From: Pseudobdellovibrionaceae bacterium
Lineage (GTDB): Bacteria > Bdellovibrionota > Bdellovibrionia > Bdellovibrionales > UBA1609
Assembly (NCBI GenBank): GCA_018663505.1
Contig: JABJQG010000053.1
Coordinates: 80,239 to 144,238 of the forward strand
DNA length: 64,000 nt
Direction of reading: 5' to 3'
Shown here: in pieces, positions 46,559 to 55,414 of the stretch
Position numbering within the stretch: position 1 is the stretch's first letter
Layout of the letters: every line of letters begins with the position of its first letter
Position numbers and translations under genes: made by a program
The notes under the pieces: generated by a model
The model's database searches: none
What the model saw: only the letters and a program-made list of their open reading frames with translations
Told to the model about the DNA's origin: nothing

Positions 46559-47797
46559 TTAGAAAAACCTGGATATATTCAAGTAGTACTGGTGATCATT
46601 ATGAAAAACCTGAATTCCAGTTGCGACTGCCTCTTCATAAGGAGCATCAACCAACCTCGCACCCATTTTAATACTCCACACATCTGTTAAACGTTGGGAG
46701 TATTTAAAGTTATACATTTGCTCGTGAGAGCGTTCATTATCTGAAATCACTGTAAACAAAAGCTCCCCAGAATCTTCATTATTTAATGCTAAACGAACAC
46801 CCAGCAGACTGTCATTTTGAAAAGCAGACAGTGACTGCCTTTGTGGTTTATCTAGACCTGTGATTCCATTAGCCTCCAAAATTACGCTGGTTTCCCATCC
46901 ATTTTCGTGATTCCATCCATACTCTAAGCCAACAGCTGCTTCCCCGTGTCTCAATTGCTCCACGTCCCCGTAAATAGTGGAGACTTTATCTTGAAAGTCA
47001 AAATAAGCACCCTCTACTTTTATGACCCAACTTTCCAAGGGCCACTGAATAGTCCCTCCTGTTTGCACCACTGGAATATATGTGGGATGCACATTCCCAC
47101 TAACCCCAGCGATTAATACAGGCTTACTCCGGTTGATATGACTTATACTGTGAATACTTAAATCTAATGCCCCCAATGATATATCGAATCTTGCACCCCA
47201 CTGTTCTGCTTCATTGCCATCATAGAACTCACCGTCCTCTTTTAAAAATAAAGCTTCACCTAAAACTAAGCCATTTGGAAACAAAAATAACCTATTTGAG
47301 TTAGCGGGGAAAATATTTTCTTCCAGTAAGGGGAAGTAGTAGAGGGTCAAAGACGATTCTTCAAATAAGTAGCCCAGCTGTATCATGGTTTCCCCAATTT
47401 TTTCACTGGACTCGAAATCGCTGTCTAGGTTTCGACTGTTAACACTATCCACCGGGTGAAAAGCCTCTGTGGCTGACCAATTTATTATTTGTGGTCCAAG
47501 TTTAAATTCAACATTACCAAAATTATAGCCAACATTAGCCTCTTGTAAAAAAACAGTATTTCTTGAGTCATCTTTATTATCTATTCTAGTGAACAATTGG
47601 AAGTTTGCAGTGACGTTTTTCTGATTTTCATATTTCACCTCTAGAGATGTTGCTATCCCATAGCCCTCATCCCTGGTAGAGTCCACCTCATCATCATTAA
47701 ACACCCTGGACTCTAACCTGATTTCTCCGCGAGAGCTGGTCTCTGCAAAAATTGTAAATGACACAATGAAGGCAAACATTAAGATTATTTTTTCCAT
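46559..47797 (-). CDS. Putative outer-membrane beta-barrel protein (DUF1302-like role) of the MMPL cluster
   Basis: The track start at 47815 is GTG. ATG 47797 follows AGGAA and gives a signal peptide. The sequence has alternating beta-strand character and a C-terminal ...YYLNISRFF with terminal Phe. Confidence 0.55.
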   Translation of the reverse strand: MEKIILMFAFIVSFTIFAETSSRGEIRLESRVFNDDEVDSTRDEGYGIATSLEVKYENQKNVTANFQLFTRIDNKDDSRNTVFLQEANVGYNFGNVEFKLGPQIINWSATEAFHPVDSVNSRNLDSDFESSEKIGETMIQLGYLFEESSLTLYYFPLLEENIFPANSNRLFLFPNGLVLGEALFLKEDGEFYDGNEAEQWGARFDISLGALDLSIHSISHINRSKPVLIAGVSGNVHPTYIPVVQTGGTIQWPLESWVIKVEGAYFDFQDKVSTIYGDVEQLRHGEAAVGLEYGWNHENGWETSVILEANGITGLDKPQRQSLSAFQNDSLLGVRLALNNEDSGELLFTVISDNERSHEQMYNFKYSQRLTDVWSIKMGARLVDAPYEEAVATGIQVFHNDHQYYLNISRFF

Positions 47798-47817
47798 ACC
47801 AGTTCCTATTCTCACTA

Positions 47818-48594
47818 TTACTTTAATTTTTTCTTATGAAAATCACGGTCAGAAAATTGAACACTCAGTTTTCTTTTACTCCAATTAATTATTGAGATTT
47901 TTTTTGTCTGATGATTTTCCATTTTTAATGTAGAAGCTCTAAACCATTTTCCATATTTTGAATAATCTGAAAACTCTCCTGTTTTAAGGAGCTCTGATTT
48001 ACGATCGTAATACTCAATCTTAACTGGGCTCTGATATTCCTTATCTAGCCACACAACTTGTCGACTATAACCACTTTTTTTGTCCTGTGGAATACGTTCA
48101 ATTTTCCAAGTATCTCTAGCGTTCACTTTTTCATCTGCCAAGAATTTAAATTTAAATTTTTCTACTTCTTGAGACCCAAGGTCCTCATAAGAAAATTCAG
48201 AACCCATAAAGGAACCTGTTTTAGAACGTGACGAGATTCTTTTCACCCTTTTTAAAGCCGGCAAATAAAGCCATTGATCGTCATTTTTAGATTTATGAGA
48301 CCAGGTTAACATTTTAGTTCCCTTAACATCTGCAGGCCAAAGAAATTCAGTAATAGACTTATCTCCATCACCTTCTGTTTCTTTAATTTTAGACGTCATT
48401 TTGCGTACAACCCTATCCCCATGTGCATTAATTAAGGTCATCTCCATAACCGTACTTTCGCCCTTAAATCCATTATTGAAAATCTCGGATTGATAAGACA
48501 AATTATAGCCCTTCTCTTCTCCAGTTTCTGCATTAAGGCTTCCTAAGGAAGCCAGAACTAAAATACCTGCTAACAATTTAATTATATTTTTCAT
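47818..48594 (-). CDS. Outer-membrane lipoprotein-sorting (LolA-like) protein
   Basis: Signal peptide, plus DDQWLYLPALKRVKRISSRSKTGSFMGSEFSYEDL, the hallmark segment of LolA-like proteins found next to COG1033 exporters. Confidence 0.8.
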   Translation of the reverse strand: MKNIIKLLAGILVLASLGSLNAETGEEKGYNLSYQSEIFNNGFKGESTVMEMTLINAHGDRVVRKMTSKIKETEGDGDKSITEFLWPADVKGTKMLTWSHKSKNDDQWLYLPALKRVKRISSRSKTGSFMGSEFSYEDLGSQEVEKFKFKFLADEKVNARDTWKIERIPQDKKSGYSRQVVWLDKEYQSPVKIEYYDRKSELLKTGEFSDYSKYGKWFRASTLKMENHQTKKISIINWSKRKLSVQFSDRDFHKKKLK

Positions 48595-48595
48595 T

Positions 48596-49300
48596 CTATC
48601 CCCTACTTACATTTGTTAATCTTAGAATATATTTTTCAATATTTTTTTGCTTATTATATTTTTTAATAACATTTTCTTTAAGTCCAACACCTCTTAAAGA
48701 AAAAAGTACTACCTGGTTCATCAATTCATCTTCAGATTTTTTATAATCCACAATTGGCTTCTCTGGTAAGGTGAGTAAATTAATTGCCATACAAAGATGA
48801 TGAGGAAACCACACCATAAGGTTATCAACTTTTAGATCATCAACCGTTTCTCCAGCATCTTTAGCTGCAATTAAAAATTTTTTAAAATAAGGTAACCATG
48901 GCTCTAGAGAGACCTGAAAAAAGTGGCGTATAAATTCGCCATCTTCATTAATACTATGAGCCATCATACGCTTTAAAATTTTATGCTTATGAGGATCCAG
49001 AAGGTCACCTTTTAAAATACTCTTCACTAAGAAGTATAAGCTCACAACAAAGAGCTCGGAAGATGCTTTTTGCTCGGATAAAAACTGCGCCATCCCCTGT
49101 ACTTCCGTACAACAATGATCCTGAATCCCCTCATACAAAGCTTCCTTACTTGGAAAATGCTTATATATAAGCGCTTCACTCACCTGGGCGGCCTTTGCCA
49201 GTTCTTTGGTTGTAGCCCCCTGAAACCCCTTATCTGCAAATACAGGCAATACAGCTTCTAAAATATGCTCTTTTCTCTTTTCAGAGGTCAGTTTGGGCAA
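48596..49300 (-). CDS. TetR-family transcriptional regulator
   Basis: N-terminal HTH ILEAVLPVFADKGFQGATTKELAKAAQVSEALIYKHFPSKEALY. TTG start with an AAAGG RBS. Confidence 0.88.
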   Translation of the reverse strand: MPKLTSEKRKEHILEAVLPVFADKGFQGATTKELAKAAQVSEALIYKHFPSKEALYEGIQDHCCTEVQGMAQFLSEQKASSELFVVSLYFLVKSILKGDLLDPHKHKILKRMMAHSINEDGEFIRHFFQVSLEPWLPYFKKFLIAAKDAGETVDDLKVDNLMVWFPHHLCMAINLLTLPEKPIVDYKKSEDELMNQVVLFSLRGVGLKENVIKKYNKQKNIEKYILRLTNVSRG

Positions 49301-49400
49301 TGTGAACCTTTGGTAAGTGTTTACTTACTTAATAGGCTAAGTGAGCACTCATTTACAGTCAAATTTTATTTTTACTTTCAATTAAACCTCTGATAAAAGT

Positions 49401-49841
49401 ATGAAATTCTCATATTACAAGGAGCTCCCTCTGGATCGACCAAAGTTTGAAAGCATATACATGGACCTTGCCCTTAGGCTAGCCGAACGCTCCACATGCA
49501 GTCGACTTCATGTGGGCACCGTCATCACAAGCACAGACTACAGAAAAGTTTTGGCAGTGGGCTATAACGGTAACGCAACAGGATTAAACAATAAGTGTGA
49601 CAGAGACGAAAGTGGAAATTGCGGTTGTTTACATTCAGAAGAAAACGCAGTGATTAACTGCGACTCTCCCCGAACTTGGGAAAAACATGTTTTTGTGAGC
49701 CACCTCCCCTGCGTAGCTTGCGCCAAAAGACTAATCAATCTAGGCGGAGTTAAAAAAATACATTACCTCAACGATTATCGACTTAAAGACTCCATCGAGA
49801 TTCTAAATAGTGTAGGTATCGAAGTAGAGAAGATGGAGTAA
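49401..49841 (+). CDS. dCMP deaminase (ComEB-type cytidine/deoxycytidylate deaminase)
   Basis: Zinc motifs LHSEENAV and PCVACAKRLI. Confidence 0.9.
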   Translation: MKFSYYKELPLDRPKFESIYMDLALRLAERSTCSRLHVGTVITSTDYRKVLAVGYNGNATGLNNKCDRDESGNCGCLHSEENAVINCDSPRTWEKHVFVSHLPCVACAKRLINLGGVKKIHYLNDYRLKDSIEILNSVGIEVEKME

Positions 49842-49976
49842 GAAGATAAGAACGCACTATTTGTATTAATTTCAATACAGGATATTGCTGGTTTTTTTCT
49901 AGTGCCCTTAGCTTTTTAAGTGTAGTTACATACTAACGAAACACGATACATCCAAAGAATAATAAGGAGTCATAGA

Positions 49977-50585
49977 ATGAAACAAATAGTTACAATATTA
50001 ATGGTTTTTAGTTCTCTCAATTTATTTGCCGCAAAGGTTCAATTAGTTCAGTGTAAGCCAACTGTGGATTCGGAAAGTAAAGCCTATGTAACAGGTGTTA
50101 TTGTTGACCTAAGAAGTGGTCGCTTTAACAGCGATGACTTAAGTCAAGTAAGTGGTGTTTTTAACGCAAATGTAGTTGGTGAAGCGGGAGAACAGCTAGT
50201 TACTATTTTCAGTGCCCCAGCTGTGGCAACGAAAGAGGTGTCCTACACTATTAGGTTTGCAAGTGAAGACCTTGGGGCCTTATTTTTAGACAGTAATGAC
50301 GAACCATCTTCGTACTATTCTAAAAATGAAGTTATGGCAAAACTTGACTGTAATACTAACCAAGTAAAGCTGTCCGGAAAGCAAGCTCACCTGATGTTTA
50401 AGGCTCTGGAGAGATCCATAGGAAGTGTTGATCATGGCGGATCCACTGGTTACAGAAACACTCTCATCCGCTACAATTTAGATATGGCTACTGTTTGTGT
50501 TGAAAGGTCATTTGATGATCGTAAGAGCTACAGCTGTATGATTAAATCAAGAGATAGCAGCAAAGATCATATTACACTTCGATAA
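49977..50585 (+). CDS. Secreted protein of unknown function
   Basis: AAGGAG RBS. Signal peptide MKQIVTILMVFSSLNLFA. Confidence 0.6.
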   Translation: MKQIVTILMVFSSLNLFAAKVQLVQCKPTVDSESKAYVTGVIVDLRSGRFNSDDLSQVSGVFNANVVGEAGEQLVTIFSAPAVATKEVSYTIRFASEDLGALFLDSNDEPSSYYSKNEVMAKLDCNTNQVKLSGKQAHLMFKALERSIGSVDHGGSTGYRNTLIRYNLDMATVCVERSFDDRKSYSCMIKSRDSSKDHITLR

Positions 50586-50750
50586 ATATTGCTGATTAAA
50601 AGTAAACCTGAGTCACTACACAATTCACTTTGTAATTCATTACGCAGGTTTACTTTCACAGCCAAGCTTCGCTCAAAAATTAAGGGAGTATTAACACACT
50701 CCCTTACAAGAACCTTTAGCTACTCCAAAAGTCGCTTTCTTTACATCAGA

Positions 50751-51578
50751 CTAAGCGCTCTTCTTACGATGAAAATCTTCATTCATTAGTTCCTTAAAGT
50801 TTTTATTTGTACAAAACCATGCAAAAAATATCATTGGCACCATAGCGTATAACACACTCACTACATCTCCAGATATTTTAAAAACCTCAAGAGGGAAGCT
50901 AAAAGATAATAATCTTACAAAGGAAACCGCAAGTGCACCCACAATACAAATGTTTAGAATAACAATTTCTGACTTTCGATATAATATGGCTACCTCTGCA
51001 GTAGCTTCCAATGGCTTTCTCTTTATGGTGTATACCAATAAAGGTATAAATATCACTAAAGCAAAATATGGAGCCACAATATAACCTAATTCCTTACTCG
51101 ACATTTCTACACTTACATACTGAGAGTACACAAAGGCAAGCAACAATAAATATAAAGATGTGGTTAAAATAATTGCCCACTTAGGTATATAGTGAGTGAC
51201 ACTTCTTGGAAGAAGATTTGCCTTTCTAATTTGTTTCATAGGAATAAGCTTTTTTATTCTGAAGTAATTAACAAGGTCTATTCCAAGGTTCTGAACCAAC
51301 AAACCTGCCATTGAGCTATATTTTACCCATGACATAAGGATCATATCATCTGCATAAAAAGCAAAACACAACAGCCCTAGCAGTACCACTCCCAGAACAT
51401 AATGAACGCCCCCCTTTGGTTCTTTAAATTTTTTCAAAATATCAGGGTTTTCTAACACCCATGGTTTATTTTTTGCCAAGGCCTGTTTGTAGGTTAACTT
51501 TGAAATTTTTGGTGTAGCAATAAACTGAAACACAACCACTTGAAATAAATATATTAAAACCATAATTGATAAAATCAT
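50751..51578 (-). CDS. Polytopic membrane protein of unknown function, coupled to the GntR gene
   Basis: About 7 hydrophobic segments. Its ATG overlaps the GntR stop (ATGA at 51575-51578). Confidence 0.65.
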   Translation of the reverse strand: MILSIMVLIYLFQVVVFQFIATPKISKLTYKQALAKNKPWVLENPDILKKFKEPKGGVHYVLGVVLLGLLCFAFYADDMILMSWVKYSSMAGLLVQNLGIDLVNYFRIKKLIPMKQIRKANLLPRSVTHYIPKWAIILTTSLYLLLLAFVYSQYVSVEMSSKELGYIVAPYFALVIFIPLLVYTIKRKPLEATAEVAILYRKSEIVILNICIVGALAVSFVRLLSFSFPLEVFKISGDVVSVLYAMVPMIFFAWFCTNKNFKELMNEDFHRKKSA

Positions 51579-51964
51579 AACTCCCCCTTAAAAATAATAT
51601 TTAGTTGATCATTAAAAATATTCTGAACTTTTTCTGTTTTTAATCCTCTGTCTTTAGCTAACTCCAATAGTTGAGATAAGCTTTCTCTGATACTTACCTC
51701 TAGCCCTTGACTGGCATTTTTGGCAGCCTCCTTGTGAATAAATGTACCCTTTCGCCCGGCTGTAAAGATAACTCTGTTGCGCTCAAGAATCTGGTATGCC
51801 TTTGCTACTGTATTTGGATTTAGCTCCATGTCATTTGCCATCTGCCTAATTGATGGCAATGGAGACTCCGATGCTAAATCCCCTCGTATTACTGCCTGCT
51901 CCACCTGATGAACTATTTGTTCATACACTGGTGTTGGCTCTAGTGTATTTATTGTGATGTCCAA
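51575..51964 (-). CDS. GntR-family (YtrA-like, short) transcriptional regulator
   Basis: Winged HTH LPSIRQMANDMELNPNTVAKAYQILERNRVIFTAGRKGTFI. TTG start after a GGGGGGTGA RBS. Confidence 0.88.
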   Translation of the reverse strand: MDITINTLEPTPVYEQIVHQVEQAVIRGDLASESPLPSIRQMANDMELNPNTVAKAYQILERNRVIFTAGRKGTFIHKEAAKNASQGLEVSIRESLSQLLELAKDRGLKTEKVQNIFNDQLNIIFKGEL

Positions 51965-52254
51965 GATATCACCCCCCTTTGTACTGTTACGTGATAGTAC
52001 AATGTGATCACTCTAGTCAAACCCTTCCTTACAGTGTGATCATGTGCAGCAATAGTCAGATCTAATATGAGCTGATACGTGAGGCCAAGTGATAAAATAA
52101 CAGCTCACCTTACCCGTTGAGCGCCTAAAACTAGTGCATAGTTTGTTATTATTACCCAGAACAACAATGTTATGACAATTTTGAGCCTTTCAATTATGGA
52201 CACTGAAGTGTCTTAGTTAAGTGTCTGTAATTACACAGCTACATACCTCTGCTC

Positions 52255-52270
52255 TGGCACCTAACTTGCA
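52255..52270 (+). promoter_or_regulatory. Consensus-perfect sigma-54 -24/-12 element
   Basis: TGGCAC(52255-52260)-ctaac-TTGCA(52266-52270), 12 nt before ATG 52283. Confidence 0.45.
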
Positions 52271-52282
52271 GTTTATGTCCAT

Positions 52283-52927
52283 ATGAAATCAAAATCTTTG
52301 GCACAATCTATTATTATCCTAAGTCTATTAAGCTACGCTAGCTTCGCTCACTGTGCCGGCTCAAAAATGAACTACATAAAATCTATCCTTAGCACTAAAA
52401 AAACAAATACAACGGCTCTCATAAAGGTCAAACAGGACATCAAAGATTTAACCACAAACAGCAGCATTAAAGCTGATTTGAGTTTTAACAATATTGAAAA
52501 ACTTAAAAAAACCCTATCTTACCAAGATGAGCTTAAATTAAGGCAACATTTTTATGATCAATTGATCTTTAAGTTAAATACCCGCTATAAGAACCAACCT
52601 ATAGTTGATTTTCTAGCTATCGAAATTTCACAAATGGCAATTACAGAAATATCCAACCCGGACAGAAATATCAGTTACTGGCAATTTCTCACCCATTTAG
52701 CCAAAGCCGTAAAGATAGCTCCAGAAAAAAATGAGGATATTATGGCCTTTATCACCGGCTATGTTTACACATCTTCAATCTCAAACCCCATATCACCCAA
52801 AGAGTTTTTAAAAAGAAGACACTACACAAATTCTGTTGAGATTCTTACCGTGAACCCATCTAATAAAGAAAATGTGGGTGAAGAGTTAGAGACCACAATT
52901 AATCAGCTTAACTACAGGGTGCAATAA
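52283..52927 (+). CDS. Secreted protein of unknown function
   Basis: Signal peptide MKSKSLAQSIIILSLLSYASFAHC. Confidence 0.6.
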   Translation: MKSKSLAQSIIILSLLSYASFAHCAGSKMNYIKSILSTKKTNTTALIKVKQDIKDLTTNSSIKADLSFNNIEKLKKTLSYQDELKLRQHFYDQLIFKLNTRYKNQPIVDFLAIEISQMAITEISNPDRNISYWQFLTHLAKAVKIAPEKNEDIMAFITGYVYTSSISNPISPKEFLKRRHYTNSVEILTVNPSNKENVGEELETTINQLNYRVQ

Positions 52928-52962
52928 GGCAGGCTTTCTAGTTTTAAGTGTAAAAGACGTGT

Positions 52963-53085
52963 AATGGCCTGTTGAGTTAGTCCCGTTTCCTCTGCTAACT
53001 CTCGCTGGCTCCACCCATTCTCTAAACGCTGCTGCCGTAACCGACCGACCAACTGTTTATAACTTCTTATCTCTCTCTTCTACAC
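52963..53085 (-). pseudogene. Relic of a hipB-like gene 5-prime half (start codon lost, frame diverges after ~40 codons)
   Basis: About 85% nucleotide identity to 56837-56953. ATG is replaced by AAG. The encoded (K)REIRSYKQLVGRLRQQRLENGWSQRELAEETGLTQQAI compares with MRKIRSYKQLVGRLRQQRLEKGWSQRELAEETGLTQQAI in intact hipB. Confidence 0.7.
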
Positions 53086-53260
53086 ACTCGCTAGGTTAAA
53101 CATCATTTATGCTGTAATTACAATATACAACATATCTGATGTGAAAAACTAAACATATGACAATCACAACAACAACCTTGCTTAAACTCAAATCTAATAT
53201 GAAAATATTAAAGAAGAAATAATTAAACCCTATGCTCGCAAAGCCTACTAAGGAAATTAA

Positions 53261-54052
53261 ATGATAAGTAAACTCATTTTATTAGCAATAATGATAATCT
53301 GGCTTTTTGTATTTGGCTTTTTTACAGTAATTAGTCCATTTTACCAAAAAAATAATTTTAAGTATCTTATCTATACAATTCTTTTTGTACCAACTATTTA
53401 CTTTTTTGGAGCCGCTTATATTGATGTTCATGTTTTTAAATTTTCTAAAAGCATCTACTTTCTTTTAGCTATATTTATTGTTAACATTTTTATGTTTATC
53501 CCATTTTTATTTTTAACAGATTTATTTAAAGGTATTCATAATTCAGTGACAAAATCTCCTTCCATAATTAACCCTGAAGATAATTTCTGGCTTGTACCCC
53601 CTGCTGGTCTGGATGACATACCGGACCCTGGAGGCCCAAAGATCTCTAAAGAGTTTGAAGGCTTAAAAATCGAGTTTTATCCCCAACTCACTTCCTTAAA
53701 TCAAAATAAAATTATGTTTCGTGGTGTTTCCCGAATATACGTCAAATGCGGTTCACAACTAGAATTGTGGGGCTCCTTTCCAAATAGTTTTATTTTTGAA
53801 CTTAAAAATAATAATACAGAAATTATATACAAGACCCATAATAAAGTGAAAAATAGATCTTACGCCCAGGAAACACTGGAACAATTTGGAAAGATGCCAT
53901 GTGACCAGCACCTTAGAGGTTACTTTGCCCTAAATATTTTTGAGAACCTAGAGGACCAAAGTATTCCAGCAGGTCCATATGAGGTCTCTGTAGTAGATGG
54001 TTGGTCTAGAGCCACACTTTTAGAAGGCATTAATATCGAATTAAATCCTTAA
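53261..54052 (+). CDS. Membrane protein of unknown function (3-4 N-terminal TM segments plus a soluble C-terminal domain)
   Basis: AAGGAA RBS. Hydrophobic N-terminal 90 aa. Confidence 0.6.
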   Translation: MISKLILLAIMIIWLFVFGFFTVISPFYQKNNFKYLIYTILFVPTIYFFGAAYIDVHVFKFSKSIYFLLAIFIVNIFMFIPFLFLTDLFKGIHNSVTKSPSIINPEDNFWLVPPAGLDDIPDPGGPKISKEFEGLKIEFYPQLTSLNQNKIMFRGVSRIYVKCGSQLELWGSFPNSFIFELKNNNTEIIYKTHNKVKNRSYAQETLEQFGKMPCDQHLRGYFALNIFENLEDQSIPAGPYEVSVVDGWSRATLLEGINIELNP

Positions 54053-54068
54053 AATACTCCCCTGGTCT

Positions 54069-55010
54069 TCACATCCATCTTTTTAACTTTTGCCAGAAAC
54101 TCTGAGGCCGAGCCGTACTATGTTTTTTAGCCCAGCTTCTAGCTCTGGGTAAAAGATAAAACAAAAGGGGCTGGAACCACCGTCTTGGGAGGATCTTTCT
54201 TATATAGTAAAACAGAACTGCATCTGGAGTAGCAGGAACTATAAATCTGGGAGATTGTGTTTGTATCACTTTTAAAATTGTTTTAGCCACATCCTTTGAA
54301 TCAACTCGACTCTTAGCCATAAGTTTTGCAACAAAAGGCTGCATATTTTTATAATACTCACTATAAGGTCCGTCCTCGGTCAGTGCAATGTGAGATTTTT
54401 TTGAATATCGCACATTTTGAAAAGAACGGGAGTTAATAAACCCAGGTTGAACCAGGCTCACATCAATCCCAAAGGGCTTAAGTTCGTACCACAGGGCTTC
54501 GCTAGCACCTTGAAGGGCATGTTTAGAGGCACTATAGGAACCCATGGTGGGCATGGCCAACATACCACTCACCGAGGACACACTAATGATTTTTCCCCGC
54601 CCACATTTTCTCATGTACGGAAGTACTAAACGTATTAAAGACATGGGTCCAAGATAGTTTGTAATCATCTGCGAGGCTTCAGAGCTATTGTCCATTTCTT
54701 CCATAACAGAACGATAGGCAAACCCCGCGTTGTTAACCAATATGTCTACCCCACCCCAAAGATCTTGAATCTCACGAACAACCCGACTTCGTTGAGAGCG
54801 GCTAGAAACATCCAATTCACGAATTAAGAAACGATCCGTTTCTTTGAGACCAGCTTCAAAGATCTTGTCTAGAGAGGCTTTTCGAGCTGTAACCACCACA
54901 CGGTAGTTTATTTTTGGCAACAACAATTGTGCTAGGCATAGCCCTATTCCAGAACTACAACCTGTCACAAGAATTACAGGGAGATAACTATTACTCTTAT
55001 TTTTTGTCAT
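54069..55010 (-). CDS. Short-chain dehydrogenase/reductase (SDR)
   Basis: ILVTGCSSGIGL (TGxxxGxG), NNAG, and catalytic YSASK. Confidence 0.9.
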   Translation of the reverse strand: MTKNKSNSYLPVILVTGCSSGIGLCLAQLLLPKINYRVVVTARKASLDKIFEAGLKETDRFLIRELDVSSRSQRSRVVREIQDLWGGVDILVNNAGFAYRSVMEEMDNSSEASQMITNYLGPMSLIRLVLPYMRKCGRGKIISVSSVSGMLAMPTMGSYSASKHALQGASEALWYELKPFGIDVSLVQPGFINSRSFQNVRYSKKSHIALTEDGPYSEYYKNMQPFVAKLMAKSRVDSKDVAKTILKVIQTQSPRFIVPATPDAVLFYYIRKILPRRWFQPLLFYLLPRARSWAKKHSTARPQSFWQKLKRWM

Positions 55011-55314
55011 TACAGCACCTCTCCCTTTATGGTTTTAAGAGTTCGGAAAACTAGTCTATATTATACCCTAAAATCTCGATTTAGTCTAAATCCCGGCAAA
55101 GTACTGATTGTAGGTGTATTACAATTTTTCATATTCAATTTATTGCATTTGATTTTGAGCTTTTTAAAATCTTAATTGAAAAACTAAATTGTCCATAGAA
55201 GCTCTGTAAAAAAGAACCAAAGGGAGCACAGAGCTTTTCTAATAAACATAGAGTACCAAAGAAGGAACTATGGCCGTAAGATTTATTCGATTTACCTAAA
55301 TAACCCAAACTTGT

Positions 55315-55378
55315 TTACTGATGATCTTTCTTAATGATATCCACCTCAGTAGCTATCTTAAACTTATGCTCTTCCACG
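55315..55378 (-). pseudogene. Duplicated 3-prime end of the phasin-like gene; left direct repeat flanking hipBA
   Basis: 56/63 nt are identical, without indels, to 57186-57248. It encodes VEEHKFKIATEVDIIKKDHQ*, versus VEEHKFKITAEVDIIKKDHS* in the intact gene. Confidence 0.75.
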
Positions 55379-55414
55379 TTCTAGCGCATAAGCCATAGTA
55401 GTTTTACAAAGCTC

